NCBI RefSeq assembly: GCF_009914755.1
Contig: NC_060945.1
DNA: 64,000 nt
Strand: one strand, 5' to 3'
Origin: the human T2T-CHM13v2.0 reference genome, Homo sapiens
In this document: in pieces, positions 1 through 11,325 of the stretch
How positions within the stretch are numbered: the stretch's first letter is position 1
Layout: every line of letters starts with the position of its first letter
Notes under the pieces: generated by a model
The model's input: only the letters and a program-made list of their open reading frames with translations
What the model was told of the DNA's origin: nothing
The model's database searches: none
Program-made: the position numbers and the translations under genes

Positions 1-309
1 TTATGGCAGAGCTCCAGCATAAAGCCACAGCATGACACCAGGGTTGGAGAGGACCTAATACCTGCAGTCTTGGGCAGCCAGGGGATTTGTTGCTCTACAC
101 CAATTTGCTCAAATATAGAACACATACATTTACCGTTTCCCATAGATATATCAGCAGCTCCTTTCCCAGGGATGGTTGAAAACCTTTGGCTCTGTTTTGC
201 TGTGTCTGCTTTCTAAACCTTCTACCCTTCTTTAACTTGCTGACTATCCATTTGGATGCTGGCTGACTGATTTCTCGATGAACCTCCTCTTCAAATTGGG
301 CTTTCAGAA

Positions 310-994
310 ATTGAATATACTCTCTGTGGTGGGTAGTATATTGTCCACAGGCATCTGCAAGTGAGGTAGAAGGCAGCATATTGAATATACTCTCTGTGAT
401 GGGTAGTATATTGTCCACAGGCATCTGCAAGGGAGGGAGAAGGTAGCATATTAGATATACTCTCTGTGGTGGGTAGTATTGTCCACAGGTATCCACAAGT
501 GTGGGAGAAAGCAGCATACTGAATATACGCTCTGTGGTGGGTAGTATATTGTCCACAGGCATCCACAAGTGAGGGAGAAGGTAGCATATTGAATATACTC
601 TCTGTGGTTGGTAGTATTGTCCATGGGCATCCACAAGTGAGAGAGAAAGCAGCATACTGAATATACTCTCTGTGGTGGGTAGTATTGTCCACGGGCATCC
701 ACAAGTGAGGGAGAAGGTAGCACATTGAATATGCTCTCTGTGGTGGGTAGTATATTGTCCATGGGCATCCACAAGTGAGGGAGAAGGCAGCATATTGAAT
801 ATGCTCTCTGTGGTGGGTAGTATTGTCCACAGGCATCCTCAAGTGAGGGAGAAGGTAGCATATTGAATATACTCTCTGTGGTGGGTAGTATTGTCCATGG
901 GCATCCACAAGTGAGGGAGAAGGTAGCATATTGAATATACTCTCTGTGGTGGGTAGCATTGTCCATGGACATCCACAAGTGAGGGAGAAGGTAG
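310..994. repeat. Minisatellite A, left half (10 units of 68/70 bp)
   Basis: Unit ATTGAATATACTCTCTGTGGTGGGTAGT(AT)ATTGTCCACAGGCATCCACAAGTGAGGGAGAAGGTAGCAT starts at 310, 380, 450, 518, 588, 656, 724, 794, 862 and 930. Confidence 0.97.
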
Positions 995-2405
995 TGAGAG
1001 GTGACAGCATGCTGGCAGCCCTCACTCGCTCTTGGTGCCTCCTCAGCCTTGGCGCCCACTCTAGCCACACTTAAGGAGCCCTTCAGCCCGCTGCTGCATT
1101 ATGGGAGCCCCTTTCTGGGCTGGCCGAGGCCAGAGCCAGAGCCGGCTCCCTCAGCTTGCAGGAAGTGTGGAGGGAGAGGCACGGGAGGGAACTGGGGCTG
1201 CACACTGTGCTTGTGGGCCAGCGCGAATTCTGGGTTGGCATGGGCTAGGCAGGCCCCACACTCGGAGTGGCCAGCTGGCACCACCAGCCCCGGGCAGTGA
1301 GGGGCTTAGCACCCGGGCCAGCAGCTGTTGAGGGTGCGTCCAGTCCCCCAGCAGTGCTGGCCCACCAGCATTGCACTCGAATTCTCGTTGGGCCTCAGCT
1401 GCCTCCCCATGGGGCAAGGCTCGGGACCAGCAGCCTGCCATGCCTGAGCCTCCCCCCTGCCGTGGGCTCCTGTGCAGCCTGAGCCTCCCTGACAAGCGCT
1501 GCTCCCTGCTCCACAGCGCCCAGTCTCATCAACCACCCAAGGGCTGAGGAATGTGGGGGCATGGTGTGGGACTGGCGGGCAGCTCCACCTGTGGCCCCAG
1601 TGCGGGATCCACTGGGTGAAACCAGCTGGGCTCCTGAGTGTAGTGGGGACTTGGAGAACTTTTATGTCTAGCTGAGGGATTGTAAATGCACCAATCAGCA
1701 CTCTGTATCTAGCTCAAGGTTTGTAAACACACCAATCAACGCCCTGTGTCTAGCTCAAGGTTTGTGAATGCACCAATCAGTGCTCTGTGTCTAGCTAATC
1801 TAGTGGGGACTCGGAGAACTTTTGTGTCTAGCTCAGGGATTGCAAATGCACCAATCAGCACCCTGTCAAAATGGGCCAATCAGCTCTCTGTAAAACAGAT
1901 CAATCAGCTGTCTGTAAAATGGACCAATCAGCAGGATGTGGGTGGGGCCAGATAAAGGAATAAAAGCAGGCTGCCCAAGCCAGCAGTGGCAACCTGCTGG
2001 AGTCTGCTTCCACACTGTGGAAGCTTTGTTCTTTCGCTCTTTGCAATAACTCTTGCTGCTGCTCACTGTTTGGGGGCACACTGCCTTTATGAGCTGTAAC
2101 ACTCACTGCGAAGGTCTCCAGCTTCTCTCCTGAGGCCAGTGAGATCAAGAACCCACCAGGAGGAATGAGCAACTGCAGACACACCACCTTAAGAGCTGTA
2201 ACACTCACCGTGAAGGTCTGCAGCTTCACTCCTGAAGCCAGTGAGACCATGAACCCACCAGAAGGAAGAAACTCAGAACACATCCGAGCATCAGAAGGAA
2301 CAAACTCTGGACACGCCGCCTTTAAGAACTGTAATTCTCACCGCAGGGGTCCACGGCTTCATTCTTGAAGTCAGTGAGACCAAGAACCCACCAATTCTGG
2401 ACACA
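995..2405 (+). mobile_element. Solo LTR12 (ERV9/HERV9 LTR, LTR12C-like)
   Basis: Starts TGAGAGGTGACAGC and ends CCAATTCTGGACACA. It has U3 CACCAATCAG repeats and U5 GCTGTAACACTCAC..GAAGGTCT repeats. The 4-bp TSD GTAG is at 991-994 and 2406-2409. Confidence 0.95.
1685..1970 (+). promoter_or_regulatory. LTR12 U3 enhancer/promoter (NF-Y CCAAT cluster, GT box, GATA, TATA-like)
   Basis: CCAAT at 1691, 1732, 1773, 1851, 1876 and 1924; GGGTGGGG at 1940-1947; AGATAA at 1950-1955; AATAAAA at 1959-1965. This is the known ERV9 LTR layout; activity is not shown by the sequence. Confidence 0.7.
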
Positions 2406-3076
2406 GTAGCATATTGAATATACTCTCTGTGGTGGGTAGTATTGTCCATGGGCATCCATATGAGGGAGAAGGTAGCATATTGAATATACTCTCTGTGGTT
2501 GGTAGTATATTCTCCACAGGCATCCGCAAGTGAGGGAGAAGGTAGCATATTGAATATACTCTCTGTGGTTGGTAGTGTAGTCCATAGGCATCCACAAGTG
2601 AGGGAGAAGGCAGCATATTGAATATACTCTCTGATGGGTAATATTGTCCATGGGCATCCAAAAGTGAGGGAGAAGGCAGCATATTGAATATCCTCTCTAT
2701 GGTGGGTAGTATTGTCCATGGGCATCCACAAGTAAGGGAGCAGATAGCATATTAAATATCCTCTCTGTGGTGGGTAGTATTGTCCATGGGCATCCATAAG
2801 TGAGGGAGAAGGTAGCATATTGAATATACTCTCTGTTGTGGGTAGTATATTGTCCACAGGCATCCACAAGTGAGGGAGAAGGCAGCATATTGAATATACT
2901 CTCTGTGGTGGATAGTATTGTCCACGGGCATCCGCAAGTGAGGGAGAAGGTAGCATATTGAATATACTTTCTGATGGGTAGTATTGTCCACGGGTATCCA
3001 CAAGTGAGGGAGAAGGTAGCATACTGAATATACTGTTTGTGGTGGGTAGTGTTGCTTACAAGCATCCACATGAGGG
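2406..3076. repeat. Minisatellite A, right half (~10 units of 66-70 bp)
   Basis: The same unit resumes in register after the LTR. Units start at 2413, 2479, 2549, 2617, 2683, 2751, 2819, 2889, 2957 and 3023. Confidence 0.97.
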
Positions 3077-4070
3077 ATTTACTTCCCATAGAAATATTTT
3101 AGGAGGGAAGTTGTTGGGGTTTTTGAAATATTGTTTATGTTTTAGTGCATGCCCTTTAAAATATCCCTCCTAGCAAAAATAAAATATAAAATAAAGTAAA
3201 ATAAAATGTATAGAGATATATAGTCTCCATCAATGAACATGTAATTTGTGATTAATAAGTTGTTACTACAAATAAGAAAAAGTTGAGTAGTTTTAATGGT
3301 CCTAGTTCATATACTGTGGTGAGCAAGGGTTAGAAGTTGAAGATCCTTTGAACAAAGCAGTGTTCTTCTTGTGTAGCCTCATCCTGGTGCTTACAGAAAC
3401 CAAGCTTTCTTGATGAAGCTTCCTTCTAAGTGGGCATGGGAGAAGCAGGGCAGCTTACAGCTCTTCCTGAGCTGCAGCATCTGGTTGGGGACAGATTCTC
3501 AGCCTTCTGGAGTCCCTGTTGGATGCTGGCTCTTTGTTCTCAACACAGTCCCTGGTCACCCCACCTGTGTTCCCCAGAATCCAGCTTTTAGTCTTGGTAA
3601 CTTCACGCTTCCCAAAGACAGAATCAGCTGTGGCTCCCCAGAGCAAGCTGACTTGCTTCTTAGAAACCCCAGAAATAAACAGTCTTTGAATCCCAAAATT
3701 GTGTACTTGGAGGGGCCTATAGCATTCAAATTTCATTCAAATCCAGAGCTTAAAGGAGTCTAGGTTACCCAGAAGCAGATGACAAACAGGAAAAACTGCT
3801 CCGTGAGCTGGTTATGCAAATATTCTTTCAGAAATATGGAGTTTCTGGAATGAAGGAAGAGGATGACAGAATTAAGTCACGCGTGTGGTTAGCCCTGATT
3901 GCTAAGGGGAGGCATTCTCTGATATATAAATGACTTCCTGTCAAGGGAAAAATCAGTGTCTTCCAGGTAGGGAGGAGGCGGGAAGTCCCAGTCTAGCAAA
4001 GACCACAGCTTGTGCCTGTAGCTGTTTTTAGTTCTCTGAGCCTTTATTTTGCTCAATTCTAACACCAGTG

Positions 4071-4125
4071 TTAGCCACCCGCTAACCCCACTCTTAGCCA
4101 CCCACTAACCCCACTCTTAGCCACC
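4071..4125. repeat. 23-bp tandem repeat, ~2.4 copies
   Basis: TTAGCCACCCRCTAACCCCACTC repeated. Confidence 0.9.
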
Positions 4126-5290
4126 AGCTGCGGTCTTCTTGGGGAAGGGCTTCTCTTCCTATGGGTTGGGTGAGTAACCACAGTGGGCTCCTGATTCTAA
4201 GCTGCCCCTCATTCCTGTGTTGTCTCCACCGTTTTCTTCCTCAGCCTGGAAGTTGACACTTGTAATTTGCCCTTAGGCCCTCGTTAGGAGTAGCTCACCT
4301 GGGGCCATGGACCACAGCTAAGCCCAGGGATAGAACTGTACTTTCAGGTAATAGGTTTTAATTGTAATCCTATGTATTTTATTTTATTTATTTTACACAC
4401 TGATAAAAATTGCTCTAAGAAAGATTCTATTGACTTCCTCAGACTAACAAAAGTGCTCATGGCCCAGAAAAGGTTGCTTCTTCCTGGCAGTGGACCTGCT
4501 GCCACCGCTTCAGTGACTCTGGTGTCCTTCCACCCTGGGACCAGGTTTCATTCATAACAAACCTGTGCCTTTGTCAGCACAGGTTTGTAGCCCGAATGAC
4601 ATCTGCCATCCTCCACAATGGAGCTCAAATGCCACTAAAACGCTTATTTCCAGACTTTGTCCGTATTTCATTTTTACCTGTTGTTGTCATGTTCCTTTTT
4701 TCATCAATAATGAAAAGTCCTGGGCCCTTGTGTCCTGGGTCCTATCTAATTCATCTTTGCATCCCAGCCGTTGTCTGACAGAAATGAAATTTTCAATCAA
4801 AGTTTGACGAATGTTTGAATGATGATGAATCTTGTGGCACAAGAGCCTGCTTTCCTTTCTTCCTATCAGGGCACCAGCGGCCCTGCAGCTGCAGGTGCCA
4901 CCTCCAGCCCAGCTGTGTTTCTGGGTACCCCTGGGAGTTCCTGGTGGGCCCAAGTAAGGTAAGACAGAGAAGAAAAAAATGGCATGGGAGAAGAAGAAGA
5001 AAGAAGGAGATAGAGAAACAGGAAAGAGAGAAGAAAAGGAAGAGAGGAAGAAATTGTGGAGTGGAGGGCTGCCCTGTTCCCCACCTCAGGGACATAAGTA
5101 AGCTGCCTGTACAGGTTCACAGAAAAATGGATTTGATTCCAGAGCCCTTCCTCATTGTGTGTATTTGCACTATCATGTTGTGTAGTTTTTAAGAACCCAT
5201 AAAGAAAAGCAGAACCTTGTGGGCCTGTAATGATCTCTACAGAATGTCAGATAAAAAGATGAGTTCAATTCTACTATATTTAAAAAGCCA

Positions 5291-5440
5291 GCAGGATGCA
5301 GCGGCTCACACCTGTATTCCCAACACTTTGGGAGTTCTCTTGAGCCCAGGAGTTCAAGGCTGCTGTGAGCCATGATTTCACCACTGCACTCCAGTGCAGA
5401 TGACAGAGAGAGAACTTCTTATCTCTTAAACAACCAAAAA
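5291..5440 (+). mobile_element. Monomeric Alu (FLAM/FRAM-like or deleted AluJ)
   Basis: GGCTCACACCTGTATTCCCAACACTTTGGGAG...TTGAGCCCAGGAGTTCAAGGCTGC...CCACTGCACTCCAG, flanked by direct repeats AAAAAGCCA. Confidence 0.8.
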
Positions 5441-5749
5441 GCCATCAACATAAATGTTGTTAACAGTGTGCTGTGGTCCATACCATCCTCTCTCTCTCTC
5501 TGAGATGTCTCTACATTCCAGTGGAGAGGGAAAATGAAATCTATTGTCAGCTAGGTCTGGGACTGGTCTTCCCCAGAGGCAGGATGGCTATTTTGGCATA
5601 ATTTAGACATTGACAGAAAGCTGATTTGGCCCCCTGAATATCTAGAGTTTTCTCTCTAGTCTGATATTATGCCAATTATGGTATACTATGACAAGTTCTT
5701 TTGGGTCTCAGAGTCACCTGCTAGTACATGGAGGAACATATTAAGCCTC

Positions 5750-5871
5750 TATCAGCCCATCTCATCACACCTAGTGCCTGGGTGTATGCCGGCGGGTCCT
5801 GTAGAATAGGTATCAGCCCATCTCATCACACCTAGTGCCTGGGTGTATGCCGGTGGGTCCTATAGAATAGG
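5750..5871. repeat. 61-bp tandem duplication
   Basis: TATCAGCCCATCTCATCACACCTAGTGCCTGGGTGTATGCCGGYGGGTCCTRTAGAATAGG twice, with 2 mismatches. Confidence 0.95.
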
Positions 5872-6627
5872 TATAGAACAGGGTTTTGGTTTTTGTTTAT
5901 TTTATGAGGGGCTCTGGAGTAGGAGAGCCAGAGCATGGGGAGATGCTATCAAGGACAGCTCAGTGCCATAGGGTGAGAAAGCCTACGCCACCAGGTGATG
6001 CTGTGTGTCTCCTGAAGTCATAAGCGACAAGGTTTATGGGGAAACAGAGGAAATCACTCAACTAAATATCATCTTCAATTTCCCCTAATTTCTGAAGTTT
6101 GGGAAATGCTGAGACCCATGACTTTTCAAATTACACATGGTCTTTTTAAGTTAAAAAAGAGAAGTGGGTCAATGAATTAGAAGGGAAAAATAAGACAGTC
6201 TTCTCCCTTCTTCTATGTGGCAGGCAGGGGTGGCAGGGAGTTACTTCTGTAACTCGAAAGGCTTCTGACTTTTTAAAAGGAAATTGTTGTCATTGTTAAT
6301 CAGGGCAGGGTCTTCTTGCCCTTTCTTGTAGAATAGCTTGGGTTTGAATTTTGGCCTTAGCCCAAAGTTTCTGGGTTACGATTGCACACAGCAGGCTTGT
6401 GAGTGTGGGTGTCAAGAAGGAGGTGGGATTTTCATAATTCCACTCTCTCAGCTCTCAACTTTGTGAAAGTGCCATTACTACCAGAAGTACTTCTCTATCT
6501 GCTCAGGTCTTCCTGCTCTACAAATCTCAACAGACAATGATGAATCATCCCTGAAGACTGCTCCGCATCATACATTTATCTGTGTTTCTCAGTCCTGGGT
6601 TGACATTTTCCTTCTCTCTCTCTGTCC

Positions 6628-6730
6628 CAGGATGTCTCAAGCTCAGCACTATTGACATTTTTGGTTGTATAATTCCTGGTCACAGGGGGCTTTCCTGTGT
6701 CTTGTAGGATATTTTAACAGCATCTGGGCT
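6628..6730 (-). mobile_element. MER20 (hAT-Charlie) fragment
   Basis: CAGCACTATTGACATTTTTGG...GGGGCTTTCCTGTGTCTTGTAGGAT...AGCATC matches a MER20 end and the copy at 12554. Confidence 0.65.
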
Positions 6731-8559
6731 TACATAAAGCACAAAAAGGGCCTGAAGCTCTGAAGGTTGGGGAAAGCACACTCAAAATCCAGAGCCTGGT
6801 CAGTGAGGCTCAGGCCTTCCCTGAGTCTTTGTCCACAATATCAAGAAACCGCAATGAAGACTCAAAAACTATGGAATATTTGCTGTGACATCTGCCTCTG
6901 AATTGTTAGATATTAGCAAAATAATATGGCTTTTGCTGGCACCTCAGATGCTGGTGGGCTATCACGTGGAATGATTATGAATTTCTGTAAAGAGCCAAGC
7001 CAGCTGAGGCTTGGTGGGTGGACTGTTAGGAAGCGTGGCTGGGTCCATTAGCCGGGTGTTTCAGTAGACGAAGCTCTGGGACGTGACACTGAAGTCAGCA
7101 GGCCCAGGAAGCTCACCACATGTCTTGAAACTGCAGCCTGTGGCACAAAAGTAAAATGGGAATAGATTAGTCTTTTGGGAGCTAATCTCCCAGTTGAAAT
7201 GCAATAGAACTTACAGCAAGTGACAACTTTCTAAATTATTTTCTTATGCCTCATGCCGTTCTTTTGTCTCTATTTTTAGTGTTTCCACCTACTAACTTCA
7301 TTCTTTCTCCCGCTATTTCTAATACATCGCCAATGATGTATTTTCAATAAGAATTCAATTACCTGGAGAGGCAGATGTGCTAACTGGCAATCTGAGGGTT
7401 TTTCTGCAAGTTGATTGCAAAGCTGACTCAAGGTTCTAGCCCTGCTGCTGTCAGGAGAGACTCACTGTCAACAAGCTGTTAAAAATGAAACTTCATAATG
7501 AGGGAGAATGTATGGAACATCAAGTAATCTCCTTGTTCTTACCAATTGCCTCATTTAATTGGCACTGTTTTATTGAATTTTTAATAAAGTGAAGTGAGAT
7601 TTTAATGTAATCCCATCTACTTTAGACCTAATTCAACATACTAATTTATTACGAATCTTTGTTTTTTATGAAGTTATGCATTGAAAAGTTTCCTAAATTG
7701 CCAGTTATTTGTAAACTTTAAAAAACTTCTCCAAAGTAGTTTTGTTATTTGTAATACTGCAAAAAGCAACGCAAAACCACACAAGAGCATTTTGTTGACT
7801 GTCGCCGCAGTTAAGGTACTGAGTGTTGTTAAGGGAATGTATGTTTATATTTGCTAAATTTTCATGAACTTGGTAATTGAGCCATGATTATATTAACCCT
7901 TTAGATTGATAGAACTATGGCAATAACTATGTAGTCCTGTGATAGGCCTGGACGTTGAAAAGGTGAGTGGCTGATTTCATTTAATTGTGTGATCTGAAGT
8001 GGGTCTCATTATAAACCATACACCTGATTTGAGTCATACAGTGTAACTTTTAGTGAAAGTTGTAAAGGTTTTCCTGAAAAAATGCTGAAGGTGCTTTTGC
8101 CTAGTAACTGTATTCTGATTATTGTATTTCAGGGCACTCAGGGAATTAGCAGCTTCTCAGATAGAGCACGTAACGAGCTACCAGTGTGTAAAGTCCCCAC
8201 TATTTTAACAAGGAGACACTAAAACCAGAAAGACATTTCCAGTCGCCCAGATCCCGAAAAGTACATAAAAATCACCTCAGGACATTTAGTGGAACCCATG
8301 AATAGCTTTCAGTAAAATGCACAATTCATGTGTCTATAATTTTCTAAAAATTTGGTTCTAAATACCTCTTAAATTTCATAAATAATATATGTTAATTTTT
8401 TAAAATATTAGACAATAAGCATAGAGAAATAAAAAGTTAACTTGTAACTTTATACCCAGAGGAAATTACTGTTGATATTTTGTTGTATAATCAGAGACAT
8501 TTCTATTTTGTACAATATTGTGAAAAAAAAACTGTTCATAATATTTTAAAATAAATTTT

Positions 8560-8790
8560 CTAGTGAATAATGTAACTAACAAGCACATTATTAGCAGCAG
8601 CATTGATTAATGGCTGCAGAGCATCTTTTGGTATGGGTCTACTGAAATGTATTTAACCAATCCTCAAAGTTGGTTATTTAATTTATTTTTAATATTTCTG
8701 CTACCATAAATAACGCTGTGCTGAGCACTTGCACTTCAGGTTTGCTGTGCTTCTTCACTGCGGTCTTACGATAAATATCTAGAGCGAAAG
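8560..8790 (-). mobile_element. Ancient L1M (L1ME-like) fragment
   Basis: ATTTAACCAATCC...TTGGTTATTT...TGCTACCATAAATAACGCTGTGCTGAGCA resembles the antisense L1 3' region. Confidence 0.5.
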
Positions 8791-9177
8791 GGAATTTACA
8801 CGGCTAAAAAATGACTCCTAGAGAACTTCAGAATCTCCCAGACAGCCTATTCAATTCTTTCTATGGTTCAACAAATGGAATAATATTTCAACAGGCACTT
8901 CACAGAAGAGATGAACAAAATGGAAAAAAGAAAGAGAATGAAGTATGCGCTTACTCCCGAATCCAGAGCAGCAGTCTCACTGGTGCAGACACGTCCCTGA
9001 GGGTAGATGTTACTTATGGGGGATCTGGCGTCAGCGGCTGTCCTGGACCCTGGCCACACTATGCCGTCCTCATCGTTCCTGCTCCAGGAAGAGAAACAAC
9101 ACTGCTGAGTTGCTGCTGGGCGCATGGCCCTGGCATCGTGGCCTCCATATGTCGGTTATTTACAGGGTTTTCCCTGC

Positions 9178-9362
9178 TGCACTGGTTTCCCGTGGTGGCA
9201 CAACAAATACTACAAATTTAACATCTTAAAAAAAACAGCAGTTTCCCCTCTCCAGGTGCCGGGGGCTGGAAGTGTGGAGTCAGGCCCAGCAGGGCCGTGC
9301 TCGCTCTCGAGGCTCCAGAGGAGAGCCCTTCCTTGCCTCTTCCAGATTCTGGTGGCTCAGAG
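9178..9362 (-). mobile_element. MLT1 (MaLR) LTR fragment
   Basis: ACAAATACTACAAATTTAAC...GGCTGGAAGT...CAGCAGGGCCGTGCTC...GAGGCTCCAGAGGAGAGCCCTTCCTTGCCTCTTCCAG is typical of antisense MLT1B-D. Confidence 0.7.
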
Positions 9363-9654
9363 CTCTGTTTGGTTATTTTTTACAGTTTCTATTTCTCTGA
9401 TGATATAGTCAATCTTTCCACTCATGTGAAGGGCACTTACCTTCATCTCACTGAGCACAATTATGCGAGCGTTGCTTCAGAGTCTTTTGGGGATAACTTT
9501 GACATTGGGTCTTCTCAGGCTTGGGATCTTCTCTCTTGAGAACTGGTCACATTTTCCTGGTGATTTATATGTCAATTAATTTTGAATTGCATCATGGTCA
9601 TTTTCGACATGATTTTGTGTAAGCTCTGGGTCTTCATTTTAAAGTATAAGTTTT

Positions 9655-10165
9655 ATTATTATCCAGGTATGGTGAGGCCACCAAAGGAAGTCACAATTGC
9701 CATCCAAAATATAATTTGCTGTTCACAGCTCTCAAGAGGTGGGGTGTGCCTCGACATGCAGGGACACCATGAAAGCACAAGGGTTGGTCATGGACAGAAG
9801 GAAGGGGAGGAGAAGGTGGCAGGCACCTTCATCATGGGATCTGCAGGAAGGAATGGGCAAGGCAGCGTATGCTGGCTTAGGACTGGCCAGTTTGAATGCT
9901 TTCAGCAGGCTCTGGGTTGGGGGCCACCTGAGTTGTTGGGCACCTGGTCCTGAGACGATCAGGGAAGGGGCATATGTGTTTGGTGCTCAAGGGCCAGACA
10001 GGGGAGGTGGGGGTGGGCTGACTCCATCTTGGTTGGTTTCCCCTGAAGGCTGGGCTGACAGGTGAGTTGTTTGCTATCTCTAGGAATCAGTTAACCCTGG
10101 GAGGGGTAGTCTGTCCCAGGTCAGCAAGGCCCCAGATGCCAAGGCATCAAGAACACAGAATATAA
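9655..10165 (-). mobile_element. Probable ERVL-class solo LTR (MER54/MER74-like)
   Basis: GGAAGGAATGGGCAAGGCAG...GGCTTAGGACTGGCCAGTTTGAAT...CAGCAGGCTCTGGG recalled from ERVL LTR consensus sequences; family uncertain. Confidence 0.45.
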
Positions 10166-10568
10166 GAAACTAGAAGGAATGCAGCCTTGTTAAAAACCCC
10201 TCGGGGAATGTTGTTTATTTTTTCCCCGCAGGCAAATCCATGTGGCTTGGCTCAGAGGGCAAGTTCTGTCTCCCTGTGCGTGGGCGGATCCCAAGGCCTT
10301 TGCTAAGCTGCCCTGGTGGCTCTGATTTTGTCCTGTGCACAAACAGCTGGGGGGGGTGGGGACCAGGACTGTGGGGGTGCTACACACAGAGCCAGACAAG
10401 CCCATTCTGCAGCTCTCTCCTCTAAGGGCTCCCCCCACCTCCCTAGCTTACAGGGGCTCCTTCTCCTGATCCTTTGGCCAGAAGGAAGGGGTTTCTTTTA
10501 AAGTCCTTGCCCTGAGGCACCACACAGATGTGGCTCTATAACTGGTGCCACCTAAAGGGAAACATGAC

Positions 10569-10802
10569 AAGAAGAGAGAGAGAAGGAGGGAGAGGGAGAA
10601 GGAGGAAGATAGAGGGAAAGGAAGTTGGGGAGGGAGAGTAGGGAGAGAAAGGGGAGAGAAGAGAAAGGGAGGAGGGAAAAGAAGTGGGGAGGGAAAAAGA
10701 GAGGGACAGAAGAGGTGGGGAAAGAGGGGCAAGAGGAAGGAGACAGGAAAAGCGGAGCAGAGGAGGGAGGAAGAGGGGCGGGAGAGACGGGGATTGAGAG
10801 AA
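10569..10802 (+). repeat. Polypurine (GA-rich) low-complexity tract
   Basis: About 230 bp that is almost entirely A/G. Confidence 0.9.
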
Positions 10803-10968
10803 CACACAGAATTTCTTCCCCCCATGCTTTGAAGACAGGATCCTTTTTTCTTCTGGCCACAGACACTGGATTTCTCCTGGGATTTAGCTGCTTGTGCCAC
10901 CACAGCTGGCGCTCCACTGGGGAGAGCCAAAAAACAAAAAAACTAACCCCTCAAAGGAAGCACTTCCT

Positions 10969-11325
10969 TTATATGGACTGAATCGTGTCCCCCTTGAGAC
11001 TCACAAAATGAAGCCCCAGCCCCAGTATCTGAGAGTGTGACTGTATTTGGAAACAGCAGCTTTAAAGACGTGATTGAGGTAACATGAGGCCATCAGGGGC
11101 CGCAATCTGGCCTGTGCCCTGATAGGAAGAGGAGACTGGAACAGGACACACATACTGCAGGAGGCACAGAGCGAAGACGCCACCTGCAAGCCAGGGCCAG
11201 AAGCCTTGGAAGAAGCACCTGCACACCTGAATCTTGGACTCCAGTTTTCAACACCGTGAGAGAGTAAATTTCCATTGCCAGCCAGTCTGTGGCCATCTGC
11301 AATGACTCTAGCACGTTAATATACC
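10969..11325 (+). mobile_element. MLT1B-like MaLR LTR
   Basis: TATGGACTGAATCGTGTCCCC...GTGACTGTATTTGGAAA...TCTTGGACTCCAG...GTGAGAGAGTAAATTTC...TAATATAC. Confidence 0.8.

Noticed and set aside
1001-2368. ORFs within the LTR12
   Set aside because: Chance ORFs in GC-rich, repetitive LTR sequence; LTRs are non-coding.
310-3076. CRISPR-like regular repeats
   Set aside because: The units are head-to-tail with no unique spacers, there are no cas genes, and the context is primate DNA.
95-3089. Long minus-strand ORFs (up to 259 aa) over minisatellite A
   Set aside because: The peptides cycle through all three frames of the 68/70-bp unit, so they are repeat artefacts with no domain signature.
8811-9408. 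136-aa and overlapping ORFs
   Set aside because: No recognisable domain or exon structure, and they run into an MLT1 fragment.
10448-10981. K/R/E/G-rich and P/S/L/F-rich ORFs
   Set aside because: Translation of the polypurine tract, which lacks stop codons by composition.
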